From Catajapyx aquilonaris (lineage: Eukaryota): 64,000 nucleotides of DNA. A program made the position numbers and the translations under genes. The first letter of the stretch is position 1. Each line of letters starts with the position of its first letter. Under the pieces are notes generated by a model that saw only the letters and a program-made list of their open reading frames with translations, made no database searches and had not been told where the DNA came from. Of this stretch, positions 50,901 through 64,000 are shown piece by piece. The stretch is from positions 1-64,000 of the forward strand of contig KZ538141.1 in assembly GCA_000934665.2 (NCBI GenBank), given 5' to 3'.

Positions 50901-53900
50901 GTGTCACTCAAACGCCCCGGGTTTGGACCGCGAGTCACGTCAGATCAGCCAGAAGGATCTTTTACGCATCTAAATTCGGGATTTCTGGAACTTACGCAGG
51001 TATATTCTTGCTCGAGTTTAGACTGGTTGCCAGTTTGATTCGGGTCCATTTCGAATATTGTGTGGGTGTCTGTTCAGCCGAATTGCCTTCTTCTTTGCTG
51101 GATTCACCCAGATATGGGAGTTGTTGCAAGAAAAGTTGGGTCGTCAGCATAAGATATAGGCGAGGGAAAAGTATACTGCAGACATTTTCTCGGGCAGGCT
51201 GTGGGTATATTGTACGTGTATCTTGTGGGTAGAGCCTCATCAAGATGCTGCAAGTTTGGAAAAGTTACTCCGTTACTGCATTTATAGATCATGACGTGAC
51301 AATACTGTTTGCTTTACCCATAAAGCCATATCGGATAATTCCGGAGTGGTTTCACTCTCAGAATAGCCATAGCGTGTAATTCGCAATCATTACACAATGA
51401 TATGTAGGTCTTGTCCTGTAATGGATTGATTCTTGCCGTGTATTGCCACAATTTGTACCGAATATGCTGGTCGAAAATAAACGTTCTGGTGAAAGTGGAA
51501 TCCTTCATTCATAGAATTGCGATGTTGTGAATAAATTGTAGTAATCTGGCATTTCCATCAGGCACTGTAAATGTGTATATGCCAATTTTTAATGCGCTTT
51601 CATCCTTCATTACGTGACGGTTGCACAGTTTGCATCAATTTTAAATGCTGTCCAAATATTTTATGCGAGCTGCACGCAACCATCACTAAATATTTCGCTC
51701 AAATTGTAATTCATATCATTCGAATACACCAGCACGCGATGCGCTCCTATAGCAACTAATAAAATACGATATTAAAATTTTCGCACATATTTCATTTTAT
51801 TATGAGAGGATAAAATTTGTCAATCGCGCTCATCATAAATGGTTTTTCACAATTTGGGTAAGGATATAGAAAAAAGTGATACTTTCATAAGATACCGCCC
51901 TCCCTATTTAACTTAATTTAAATTTATCGTGAATTAATAGTCTGCATGTTTTCATATCACGGGCTATTAATTACGTCATAAATTATACTGCAATAGTACG
52001 ACTGATTCCATTGCAATAACATTGTTTATTCCACTATTATGGACTAAATTATTAACGATTTATTGCCCTTGACACAACAGCATTCTGTCAACCAGAATAC
52101 CTTGTTTTTATTCTTTCACCTGCCAATCATGATTTACTGGCAACAACAAAGTGAAAAAAACTACTATAAATTACTACCCATAACGTGAGTGCCCCCCGTC
52201 AGACGTCGGCGATAGTACCTGATGCGGTTGTTCCCCAGGGTATGCGGTTTTGAGAAATTAATTCGAAACGACATGAACTTCCCCATTCCGCTCTGCGCTT
52301 ATTTTATCGTCGGTCACGAAGGCCTCAATGGCTACCGTCAATATAGAGCAGCCCTCCCAGTTTGTATTACTTTTACCACGCTATTTGTGCCGATAAAAGA
52401 GTTGGGAAGGTTCAGGTCGTTACGACTAAGCCCCCCCTGCCCTTCCAGCATAAATAACGGTGGTAATGGCTATACGCATTGTCATCCCCCACAATGGTGA
52501 CTCCCTGATCTATTCCCTGATTCAATTGATTTTCAGAGCCAGAAGATGATGGCTTAAACCCTCCAGAGAATCAGTCCCTGAAAAGAGAAGGATCCACGTG
52601 GATATAACCACTGATAGAATCGCAACTTACTTATTGAATCATTGAATCCCAAGTACAGCCCCAGCAAAATTGCTTTTATAGTCCTCCATTGTGATGCGTC
52701 ATTGATACATTATTTTTAAAAACGCAGGTTCGCAAATAAGAGTTTGGTGGCGGGGTATAAAAAAAGCTGCATAATACGTAAAACAAGACAGGATATAATT
52801 TCAGGGTGCAAAAAAAATTGCATGCAAATCTCCATTGCAGCTCCCTGGTGGTGACAGTTGAGTCCTGAAGTTTTTTTTTTTCCGGGGGGTTGGGGGCCAG
52901 CCCAAGTAATTCGCGCAGAATTTAAGGATGCACTAGGGATGCAACCCTCGGAGCTTGCTAACTGTCACGCAGATGACAAAATATGCAAACGACGACCTGG
53001 GACGTCTTGCTCCGGGACGCCATAGATCACCCGACCATTTTTTTTCTTTTTCTTCGGAGGGTAGGTTCAATGAGAATAATAACAGCATCAACGCAGCCAA
53101 CGTTCATAAATGAAGTTTCAGGGAAGCCATCAGACGCGCACAAAAATATATGACCCCAGTCACGGAGACGCTAATGAATTATTTAAAACTAGCCCCCGGA
53201 TTTTCATATCAAACGTAATATGGCGACGACAGAGAGTTAAAAGTGATGAAGCTTTTGGCTCACCTTGTGCTATACTCTACATTTAAAAAAAAAATCCATT
53301 CGAACTCTTGGAGAGTATATTGGACATGGTCAGTTTACCTTTTGAGCATAGCTTCCCACACTACATTGGAGCATATGCGCTTTTTCTCCCAGTTCTTCGA
53401 CCATTGCTTTTTTTTCGCAGAACCGTTGCTTTTTCTCTCTTTTTTTTTGAAAGGGGCACGTGAGAGGCCAATAAGGGCGCGATGGGCCTTTAAGCGTGCG
53501 GCTGGCTCCGAATTGCCCCAGATCCAATCGGAAACGCCGTCTTTATCGGGTGCATGGGGCTTTCGGAGTATGTGGCTGTTGGGTGTGGGGGTTGCTTCAA
53601 TACAACCCTCCAGATGACAAACCTCTACTGCATAAAAAGTGGACCGATTTCTTCCTGTTCCACCGACATACTGTTAGCGTAACAATTTTAATGTGCCCAA
53701 CAAAATTGGTTTATTTGGGTACCCTACCCGCCAGTATTGCGTTAGTGTGACCCGATTGATGTATGCAGATTTTATTTTTTTAAAGTGTAATTCGATCACG
53801 ATTGGTGATGGGGCTGTTGTAGTGTGATATCTAATTATGTCCACATCACTGTTCGCAGAACCCTGAGCCCGTCTGTTTTTGTTGCCGTGTGTTATTACTT

Positions 53901-56900
53901 TTGACGAGAGGCCATGTATTCCCAAGCAATGGCAGGCCATTAAGGCATTAATGAAGCGATGGTAAATATTTATTTGGGCAGCGAGTGCGTCCCTCTGTTT
54001 TTTTGATATCTGATTGCTAAATGGCACGAAACAGGGTTACTTGTATATCCAAAATATTTACACGAGGGTAGAATAGCGAAGTGGGGAAATGCTGCATTTT
54101 TTGGGCGTGGTATATTTTCTGCCCAGGTCACGGATTTTGTAAATTGCATGTCCATCCATAAAAGAGGCGCCCCACCATTCTACATACGCAGATGCACGTA
54201 ATACGTATAAGGAAAAAAAAAGAGCTGCAGTGCATGTTGCACATCCGTATGCCCCCCCTTTGAATTTTACAGTAGGCCTAACAGTCGTAGTGACCTAGAG
54301 TGCGGACTTGCTTATTTACGAGGCTCTTGAGACCTGTTTCCAAGTCTTTGCATCGGAGGTTGGTGATGGCGGGGCTTGAGAGCGCGAATCTATGAGTCCC
54401 CAGAAGCGCCAAATATTTCGCACTGGTCACTCCATTAAGCGGCCGGAGAAGCGCAACAAAAGGCATAAACCCCAAACCCCTGCGACGACACGTCCAGAAA
54501 ATGACCTTGGCAGCATTTGTAAGACGTTCGGCAGTGGGCCCGAAATTGCGAGCAGTCGCAGCAGGTTTTAGACTCTGGAGAGCTGATGACGAGCAGAAGC
54601 TTGCGAATTTTCGTACTTTTTCGCAGGATCAACTTTTGGTCCAAGAGCCACTTGAGAAGCTGTAAAGCCCACATGGCATGTACGTTTCTCTCAGTGCTAA
54701 CGTGGGTTTTCTCGGTGTTGCCTCCTTGCAACAAGCCAAAGCCGAATTTTCCGACGCAGTTGTTCGATTAGACCTGACCCGATAATTGCCCAGAGAGGAT
54801 AGCGACCCGAACAATTGCTTGGCGGGAAATAAGTAAATTATTCACACGAATTGTGCTCGCTGGGGCTCAGTGGCGGCTAAGCTCGCTCGTATAGCTCGCC
54901 GATAATCGCGGCAAGAGTGCTGCGACTTCTGCCACTTAGTCAAAATTCAGGTTTTGTAGCTAATTACCCAACTAAATACGAGGGATTATACTATTTGCAT
55001 TGAACTAGAATGTCACTAGTGCATGACGCTTTTAACGGGGAATGTCGATTTATGAACGAGAATTAATGATATGTGGGATCCTAAATCATATGTTGAGAAA
55101 AAAAGTCATGATCAGCGGCCATAAAATACACGTTGGTTGCTAATTTGAGCATCAAAACATTAGTGGGCGGCTGTTGGGAGTGCTGTTTCCGTTTAACTCA
55201 ATCTGACAGGTTAATGTTGCGCAAGCTTTTATCACACACGCTGGACGCTTTTGGAGTGAAGTGAGGGGCACAGGGTGTTACACTGACCATATTGGGAATG
55301 TTGCCCAGAATTGGGGGAACTTCACCCTGAACTTGGATAGTGCACCACCCTGTGGTAATAAGCACTTTGAATTCGAAATAACGAGCACTGAAAGCCTTCA
55401 CACACTCTTAAAACTAACTGAGCAAAAATGGGTGCTAGGAATGGGAAAGAAGGCAACAGGTTTTTAGTTGTCTGGCCACGTCCTAGTTTAGATGCGATGA
55501 AAATTGAGCTCCTATCGATTAAGTCGGCTCAGTCATGTTGTTTCCACTTATCAAAAAGGCATCGGCTGTTTGCGACACGACCCAGTTTCGAGCTAATTCC
55601 TTATCCTGCGCGTCATGCAACCCTAGCTACACGTGAATTCTCCTTTTTTTCCCTCGTTACGCACGCAATGAGTAATTACGCCACTTGAAATTCCCTGGAC
55701 TAATCACTGTAAGTTATGCGGCTGTACTGAGAATGTCTGCTTACTTGAAGAGTCATATCGAATGCATTGTGTGACGATTTGTGCGTGACAAATAGAGACT
55801 GGAAAAGTAAAAGCTCGGAATATCGGCTGGCAGTGTTCCCCCCTCGATGTTTGGCCCTTGCTGTGATGGCAGCTGCCAAAATTCTCACCGAAAGACCGCG
55901 GCGGGGCTTTTGCATTACACGCGATGTGTGTATCCTCCTCCGGGCCAAGCAGACAAATCAGGCCCCAGTTTCCCACTAGGAATGTCATCCACCACCGGTC
56001 CGGATATGCCGCCCTTTCCCGGTTCAAACCCAGGGTCCGGATTTGCTGGGTGGATTTGCATAGATAAGGCCAGTGTTGGTCAAAGTCGCGGCCAAAATAC
56101 ACGCAGGTTTGCGGGTTCACGCGGGTTTCAAACCTTGACAGCGAGCGCCTGGATTCCAACAACAACTGTTAATGTTAATTTGACAAATGTTCATTTATTT
56201 GCCCTCGGTTCGTCCCTTGGCATCAAAAATGTTCCTCTAGCCATGGCGTGCATATAGTCTGGTGGCGACATTCTGTCCGTTTCGTTGGCCACCCTAGTCA
56301 ACATGTGATGATGCTGTCCACTGCTGTACTGGGCTGCCAACAATGCCTTGTTAAGCAATGGCGTGTTCTGCATACAAGGCTTGGACTTATCCATGTAATT
56401 AGCACGTTTCTGCGCCTGCATCCCTCTGTTGTGGAGTCATTCCCGTCTCTAATAATATCGCAGGAGGCCCAATTTGAGCCAGGGCAACAATATGGAGGAG
56501 GAGGCCTAATTGTTCCTCTGGCTTAATCAGGTCGCGGAGGGGGTGACAGTGCGACATTCCTGAAGCCTCGTGTTATACTCTAGGCCTGGCTCGCAAATTA
56601 GTCCGGATTTGTCCCCCTGTTTTGTGGAGCCTAATTGGCTCTTGGGAGTGATTGTGGCCCGAGGTGGGGGTGGAGATGAGGTAATATTACGCCCTGTAAT
56701 TATTGTTGTTGCAGTGTTGTCCGCAAACACAACAAGGTGCATTGCAGGTGTGGCGCAGAGTGAATTTGCGATTGAATGGGTTGGCGAAATAGCAGAGAGG
56801 TTAGGTCGTTAGAGGGGTTGGGAGGGGGGGAGAGATGCACATGAATTTTTGCGGGTAACGGTTTCGCTGCCGGCTGTTTGCGAAATTCCTATCCGCCTTT

Positions 56901-57325
56901 TGCGTCAATGCGGGAAGGGTCCGTAACTGGTCCGGATTAAAGCGGATGCTGCTCGCCAAATACCCAGCACGTGCCAACTGATGGCTACTTGAAGCTGCTT
57001 TCCAATAACAGCTACAATGAACCTGTCGCAAAAAAAATGTGCCATAATTTTTAATTTCCATAAATAATTGCGACTGCAACGTGCTTTTTTAAAACGCTTA
57101 TTTGCGCTGAAATCACGCGGTAATTACGTTTAGCCTGCGTGGAAACGCCATTTTACAGCAAAACTGCTGGTATAAAGTGATTATCCTGAAAGTTACCGCC
57201 TTCACGTGGAAGCGTTTTTATCGCTTAGAAATATGTCGCAATAAAGCAAGCCGCCTAATGGACGCGAGATATGCGCGGATATCCGGGGCACACTCATTGC
57301 TGCAGTGCAACTTTCGGACCCCCCC

Positions 57326-57385
57326 NNNNNNNNNNNNNNNNNNNNNNNNNNNNNNNNNNNNNNNNNNNNNNNNNNNNNNNNNNNN
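57326..57385. other. Assembly gap (60 N) between poly-C and poly-T runs
   Basis: N run in the sequence. Confidence 0.99.
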
Positions 57386-59617
57386 TTTTTTTTTAAACGG
57401 CGCGAAAATTTATTCGCAAGGAAAATGGCCTAATCTGTGCAAAATTGTCCCGGCCATTTCCGCAGGTCAGCACGTGACCCTAGACCTGATGGTGGTCCAG
57501 CAGCAGTTTGGAGCAAACTTCCAACCAGACCACGTAAACCTGGGCTATGAATCAAGCCCGATGAGAGATGAAAAACGAGCAGCAATCCGCAAAGATATAC
57601 CTCACAGCCATGTAATCCAATCCGGCCATCTTTTTCCAGAGGGAACGTCTTTTGAAAAAGGGGGAAAAAAGGGAGGGTGGATCTTTTCGATATGTGTTGA
57701 GATAAGTGGGATCATATTTCAAGTATTCATGAGCTTGATAAAAGCTGATCAATTTTTTGTGTGCAGATTGGAATAAAAAGTTTGAGGTAATCATGGAACT
57801 GCTCATCTCGAGCTGGAGATAAAAATTGGTGAAAAACTATCACGCGTTTGCTACACCAGATAAAACCGTCCCTTTTTTTTGAATTTTTAAGATTCTTTCG
57901 TGATTAAAAAATGGGTCCTGAAGGAAATGGCGCGATGAAAAATGGGACAGTAACTTTCGGGATCGCATTTCTTGCTCATTAATGGAGTATTTTAATAAGG
58001 CGGTGTTCCTGCCAACTGGATTATTCCGGGGAAGAAAAAAAAAGTGAAAATTTTTTCGGCTCCGTTGGTTCTTCATGCGAGCACGAGTTTTTTTAAAAAA
58101 GGAAAATAGTGGAAGGAATAAGATGTGGTAATGTTACGTTGCGACCATGGTACAATATTAATCTAATTGAAGGCAGCCGAAGTCATTGTGTAGGTTGATT
58201 TAGGCTGAAAATGGAACCTCCTAACCGTCGAGGCACTGCAGGGGACACGTTTCTCCCAGGACTATATTAGATTTTGGGAGCTGGTGGGCGCATCTCCACA
58301 GCACCCTCTTTCAACTTCAAGTGCACCGAATTATGCTGTGCTATCATGCAATCCAGCTGCCTTCAGAAAGGTCTGGCTGCGAGAAAGCCTTTCAATGTTT
58401 ATTTCAACAGTATAAACGGGAGTGAATGATGAGAAATATCCTGCTGGTCAGGCAACCTTTCAATCTCTCGTGATGTCGGGGTGGTCTATCTAGCAGGATA
58501 GTTGAAACTCGCCATACTTGATGTCTGTTAAGGAATAGTTTAACATGCCTGTTATGACCACCCTGTACACACCGCCAATTTAGCACCGAGTGAACCTTTT
58601 GTATGAAAGACACAAAAAAAAGTTGTTTGCGCCAACAACAGAAAGATTGCACATGGACCACAAACCTTTTGTTAACAAGTACAAAAGTAGAGGATTCTGT
58701 TTAAATCGTTTGTTGTGGGAACCCGAGGGTTTCGATGTTGTAATCAAATATGTGTGGCGGAAACAAAAACTATATACCCGTTTTGCTTGAATTTCGAGCC
58801 ATAATATACACTGTGTACACAGGCACACAGCGTAAGGAATTCTGCACATTGGCTGCATAATATGATGCGAAATTTCAGAACTTGCGAGCGTCTGGATAGC
58901 GGCGTTTAACTATCATAGTCCATAATTGTATAATTTAAACTTGTTTATAAAATGAGGGGGAAATACCGGGTAGACCTTATCAGATTAATAGAGAAAATGA
59001 TGAAAAGAATGTTTTCACTAACGTTGTCCTATAACAATTCAGAATAATTTTCATGATCTACTTTACAATTCGATCTAGCTCATTTCCTCAAACACTCCGA
59101 TACCGGTACCGCAACAACGTGCTAGTGTAACAATAGCGTAATTAACGAAACTATACAGTATATTCACAATCTGATTTTGCTTCGATTAGTCTACTAACAG
59201 GTACTGTATACATTGAACGCACTTTGCGGAAATGTGCTTTACCACAATGCATAACGTCACAATGGAAATAATGACTTTCAACAATGCTGGTGACATGAGC
59301 AGCCCAAATTTGATTGCCAGGCACGTGCGATGAAATGGCATGAAGCGATGACAGCTTTTTGCGTAAAACGCGGTTCACACCCCCCACAAAAGACCCATCA
59401 TAATGCGCAGAAATATTCGGCGTGTCCCAATGTCAAGGTTCACATCGGCAATAATGGGCCGCATCAGCATATCCCGCCCTGGGAAAAAGGAAGCTGGGAG
59501 CGTGGTCCAGGGAGAGTCGTTTGGCCAAAAAAAAATCCTTCCCAGCGGCCAAGAAATTGCGATGGACGTCGCAAACGACCCTCTCTGTAAGTGCCCCCCA
59601 AAATTTAATTAGCTTAC

Positions 59618-59840
59618 CGTGATGTGATGACGGCTGTAACTATTGCAGTACAAACGTCGCGGCACGTCAACAGGCACATTCACTTTTACAGTCTGTCATT
59701 GCATACACACACTACAAAATAAAACCGGTCCTACAAAACAGATAGAAACGATATGTATTGTGTGCACTGCACCAAGTCACGTGTCGGGTGTAAACAGTGC
59801 GGAGTTTTGTGTCGGAGGCACCTGCGCCGACGACTTACTC
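59618..59840 (-). other. Candidate distal non-coding first exon (5' end approximate)
   Basis: Strong donor ACG|gtaagc (59612-59617) preceded on the minus strand by CpG-rich leader-like sequence. Assignment to KChIP is inference. Confidence 0.25.
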
Positions 59841-62800
59841 CAAAGCGTTTGGCGAATGGCTAACATTGCACGCGGGAACTACCCTCTCTATAGCCCCCCT
59901 TCTCTCAGTCCCCCCCCCCCCCAACCCTTCAGTACAGTACGCATGCACACCCACCTTCTGATGTACCCAAAAGGCGTCTTGGAAAAGGACACTATAGGCT
60001 GGAGACATTTTGCAGAAAAAAGGGAGCCATGTCGCAAAATCTTGGAAATTTTTAAAAGTGTATGCAGTTTTAGCCAACGGGGCTGAATGAGCATTGCGGG
60101 CATGGATAGGACCAAGAGCAATTTGCAGTGCAAACAAGCCAATGGACTATTTGCGTAAAGTACATGAACAGTTGTGATAACACCCGTGAGACCGGTCAAG
60201 CCCAACGCCAGCTCGCATATCATGTGCTGAAAGTAGATGTGTTTTTTTAAAGCTGTGCTACGAGTTATGTTGGAACATCCTAGTGCTTTGCGTTTCATGA
60301 AATGAGGAAAGTTCTGGAATCGGCAAAGTGTGCGAGGAAGAGTGTCGCATTGCCTGCATGAAAACCTTATAGTCAGCATGGTTTCCCAGCGAGTCCTGGA
60401 ATGAAAGGAAGAAACGGCATGCTTCTTACCATTATAGTTTATGCCGAAGAAAAGGAGCAAAAATGTGTGTGTGTGGGGGGGGGGGGGGNNNNNCACCAAT
60501 CGAAAATGCTTTTGCAGGCAACAAGCCAAGGGCTGCTTTGTATTCTTCTGGGCCTATGGTAAAGGAGCCTTTTGTGCTGTGGATGTGTAAAGCTAACAGG
60601 TGCCAAGAATATTGTCCCGCGCTGCGAAAAAGGAATCGAAGCAAAAGGCGGAGAATTATTTATACCGTGATTCCGGATTTCCTGGAAGGAGACCCTTGGG
60701 AAAGGAAGGCACTGATAAATAACTTAAAACCAGGCTTATATACCAGACCTAAAGATAAGATCAAAGGCGTAAGTACAATGTGTATACCCGCATGTGTATA
60801 TGCGCCGGGCATATTTTGCGGTTCGAGAGGCTCCTTGGCAAAAACAACTTTGGCCAAAGTATTTTATTGTATCATTACACCATGCGTCCCTTTTGTTGTT
60901 GCGGTGCTGGGACTGCGCATTAAATATTAAAAGGAGATTGTTATCTAACCAGCACTTTTTCATTCATGATACGATGCTTTGGAAGCTACACAGCTGCCCG
61001 TATATGCACACTCGTGATTAAATTCTTCATATAAGACCGGCTTGGAAAATGTGCAATGAAGTGCGGGTGCTCCTCAGAAGCAATTATTGGCCCTGAAATT
61101 GCCTTCAATCTAGGTCCTATTGTTCAGAAACCGGAGGCTTTATGGGGAACGATTAAATACTTCAACGGGAGACCCTCTTGAATTTTTAGACGCGACATAT
61201 ATGCATTTTAATAATGTCCCTCGCAACATCGCGTGAAAACGAGCGGTTTCGAAGAGTTATGTAACATTATTTGCCCGACTTTATATAAACATGAAGTGGA
61301 TTGAACTTGCTTGTATTTCTCTGGGAATCGTACATGCGTTTCCTCAGAATTGGGAGCGTGATCTTGGCTCGCAACTCGGGCAACGTGACGATTACCACTT
61401 GAGCGATATCAGATTCGCGTGTTATATATGGGCAACCCGCAAAAGATGCAGGCTATTCAACCCGTTCTGCCGGAATTTTTTGATCCGGAAAAAAAATCGT
61501 ATATGTTGACCCGTGAAACATCCAACAGGTGTTGACGCTCGATTTTTTAAAATATTTTTTTATTGGACGCCCAGCAGCAGTTAGATTAGCACGTTCCGAA
61601 CATTTTTCCGGTGTAAATCGCGAGCGGAGGACAAGCCTAGCAGACCCAGACCACTTAAGTGGCGTCCCATACCCAAATGAACCATTTTCAGGATCTAACT
61701 CCGCATAATTTTGCAGCACCCTGTAGACTCCGAGCCCTGCAAACTCCGAAGCGATAAATGATGCAAATTCGAATCGGATTCCTTGTCACTTAAAATCCAG
61801 GCAGTGCATCCATGTAAATAATGAAATCCGAGTTGTTCGTCCCCATGAGATGCGTAACGATTTCACCTAATTTATAGGAAGGGCGGCCCCCGGTGTCTGC
61901 CCCCAGTGTGCGTGCGACACCGATAAAAACCGAGGATAAAACTTTGCCATCATGCGACTTCAGAGAAATAATCACTGATATACGCCCGACTGTTGACGAA
62001 TTGCCCAACAATGGACGAGTGCACGCCCCGACGATTTTTTTTTCTCCCAAAAAACTGCTTTTTCCGCTCCATTCACGCCTGCCAATTGAGGTAATTGTTG
62101 GCGCCGGTTTCCCGCTCCAATAGTGGGATTGCCGTAATTGTGATGTTTATGTCCTCGGGCCTTCTTGCAAAATTCAAGTGTTTTAGCTCGATATCGCACC
62201 GAGAATAGGTATGTTTGCAGTGCGTTCACCTCCACGAGGTGTACTGCTCTTATAATAGAATGAGAGTGCTGTGTACTTTTGGTTCGATGGCCACGTACAG
62301 AGAAACACATGACTGGGTCATTCTGAACCAGTAATAAGTTGACCTCTGAACCGTTCCAGAGATTGTGCCTTTCAAAAAAAAAAAAACTGGATGAAAAAGT
62401 CTGATGCAAATGTCCCCAGTCGAAAATAAGGGGGGACCGTTTTGCAAGTGCTTGTCCGGACAACTAGATTCGGTTATGATAATGACCTCATTAGCATCGT
62501 TTCGTCCTTTTCTTGCTCGGAGTTGGCCATGGAAGCAACTTGGGAGGGTAAATGAAGCGGAAACAGAAGAGAGAGACGAGCCATAACACAGCTTATGACT
62601 CTGTCTCCCCATTCCGCACGATTAGTTCTGATTCTTCTGTTGCTTCGTAATGATTCAGACTTTTTGTGGAGGTGTCCACCTCTTGTTTTTCCATGGCGTG
62701 TAACTGAGTAGGCGTCCCTATGAGAGGTCACGGCGCGAACAGCGGGGCACAGGAGACTGATAAAAAAGTGTCCTAGATGAGAAGTAAGGCAGGGTCCGAG

Positions 62801-64000
62801 ATGACAGTTGTGTCCCCGCCCGGCCCAGCTGAACACACCATTGGCCATGCATTACGAAAGGAGCCTCGTTCCCTAGAGCATTAAGCCTCTGCCATCATCT
62901 GCCCCTCCATTATCTTTGATTGAACCCACACACACACAACAGCACTCGGGGATGGAAACCGTGTCCGAACATGAGAATACTTTTCGGCTGGATATATTCA
63001 AACCAGTGACTTACATGCGGGCTGACAAATTTTGTCAGGCGGTACAGCTGCAGAAGGGCCATTTGTCCCCTGGCGCCTGCAGCAGTCACTGGAACGGACA
63101 TCTGAAATATGGAAGCAGCCTCCTGTGGGGGGACAAAAAAACAACAACCAAACACACATCATTCGATCCCCCTTTTTTTTTGTCTGGAGGCTGTGGAGTA
63201 GCAGTAGAAAACTTTTGTGGTCTGTATCTGCTAAGTGCAACTGGTTTATGTTTTATAGAAGAGACGTCCATCGTCCTCCGGGTGCTTCGAGCAGGAGACC
63301 CTTCTCACGTCGCATTTTGTCGGTGCGGACATCTATTATTTAAACTCGGGTTTTACCTGGGGAAGGTTCATAGTGGCGAAAATCACCAGGAGAGTACCAA
63401 ATTAAACCAAGTTTTTTTTTTACAACAACACGCTAGATACAGATATAAAACAGAAGGAAAAACACTGATCGCGACTACCCGTATATCTCTGTACATTTCA
63501 CACGCGTACCGACTTTGTGCAGTGGTCCAACTCGCCTCGTATCTGTCACATAAATGTGGCCACAACAACTATAAGCACAATATCCATAGGAGTCCGTGTG
63601 ATCACAGCTCTTCTGCAATAGCAGCTTCTCTCAACACATCATCTGCGTCGTTGGGGCTACACCTGAAAGTATATGACACGGTCGGCTGTTGAACTGTGGA
63701 CAATTCCTCGACAATTAATGAGACACTTTACCTGGGGAACATTCTGTCGCAAGGAAGTCCGTCCCATCCGAGTAAAGAGCGGATCAGCATGTTCATGGTT
63801 AATTCAGTCGGGATCTGCTGCATGATGAGGCGTAAACCGATACTAGAATGGTCCAACAGTACATTGTTATGTAGGGTGGGGGGGGGGGNGGGGGCTTGTT
63901 TTAAAATATGATCGGTTCCCCCAAAATAATGGTTAGGGGGGGGCTGTCATAAATTACCCTAAGCGATCAAATCACTGCCACGCTTTTGGGAGAGATGCAC

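Noticed and set aside
62916..63692. 258-aa plus-strand ORF
   Set aside because: Non-ATG start, runs through homopolymers, no codon bias and no recognisable motif.
1..64000. Prokaryotic-type systems (operons, CRISPR, defence islands) or intact transposons
   Set aside because: Very low coding density, spliceosomal introns, no spaced repeat array, and no transposase or reverse transcriptase motifs among the ORFs.

Overview
Eukaryotic, intron-rich genomic DNA with GT-AG splicing; an arthropod/insect origin is inferred from the protein style only. Most of the six-frame ORF track is noise. Two spliced genes can be read from the sequence. (1) A minus-strand Kv channel-interacting protein (KChIP/KCNIP-like, neuronal calcium sensor family) gene. 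Three core exons (6065-5938, 1434-1365, 1259-1189) join in phase to give EDDFDDLSINVVRYRPEELDKLAKTTKFTRKEIQTIYRGFKQ-ECPTGLVDEDAFKGIFSQFFPQG-DASQYAHYVFNTVKHSHSGCISFE. The remaining 3' exons were not found and probably lie left of base 1. Several phase-compatible candidate alternative N-terminal exons are spread over ~41 kb upstream (14.9, 15.2, 23.8, 31.4, 34.6-34.8, 35.3, 46.9-47.1 kb), with candidate non-coding exons at 47.9 and 59.6 kb. (2) A six-exon plus-strand gene (41114-45054, ~580 aa), probably nested antisense in a KChIP intron. It encodes a SAP-like N-terminus, a long Pro/Gln-rich region with a DSGFGS motif, one Siah-type zinc finger and a Sina/Siah substrate-binding domain, but no RING. 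No rRNA, tRNA, CRISPR array or intact transposon is supported. There is a 60-N gap at 57326-57385.
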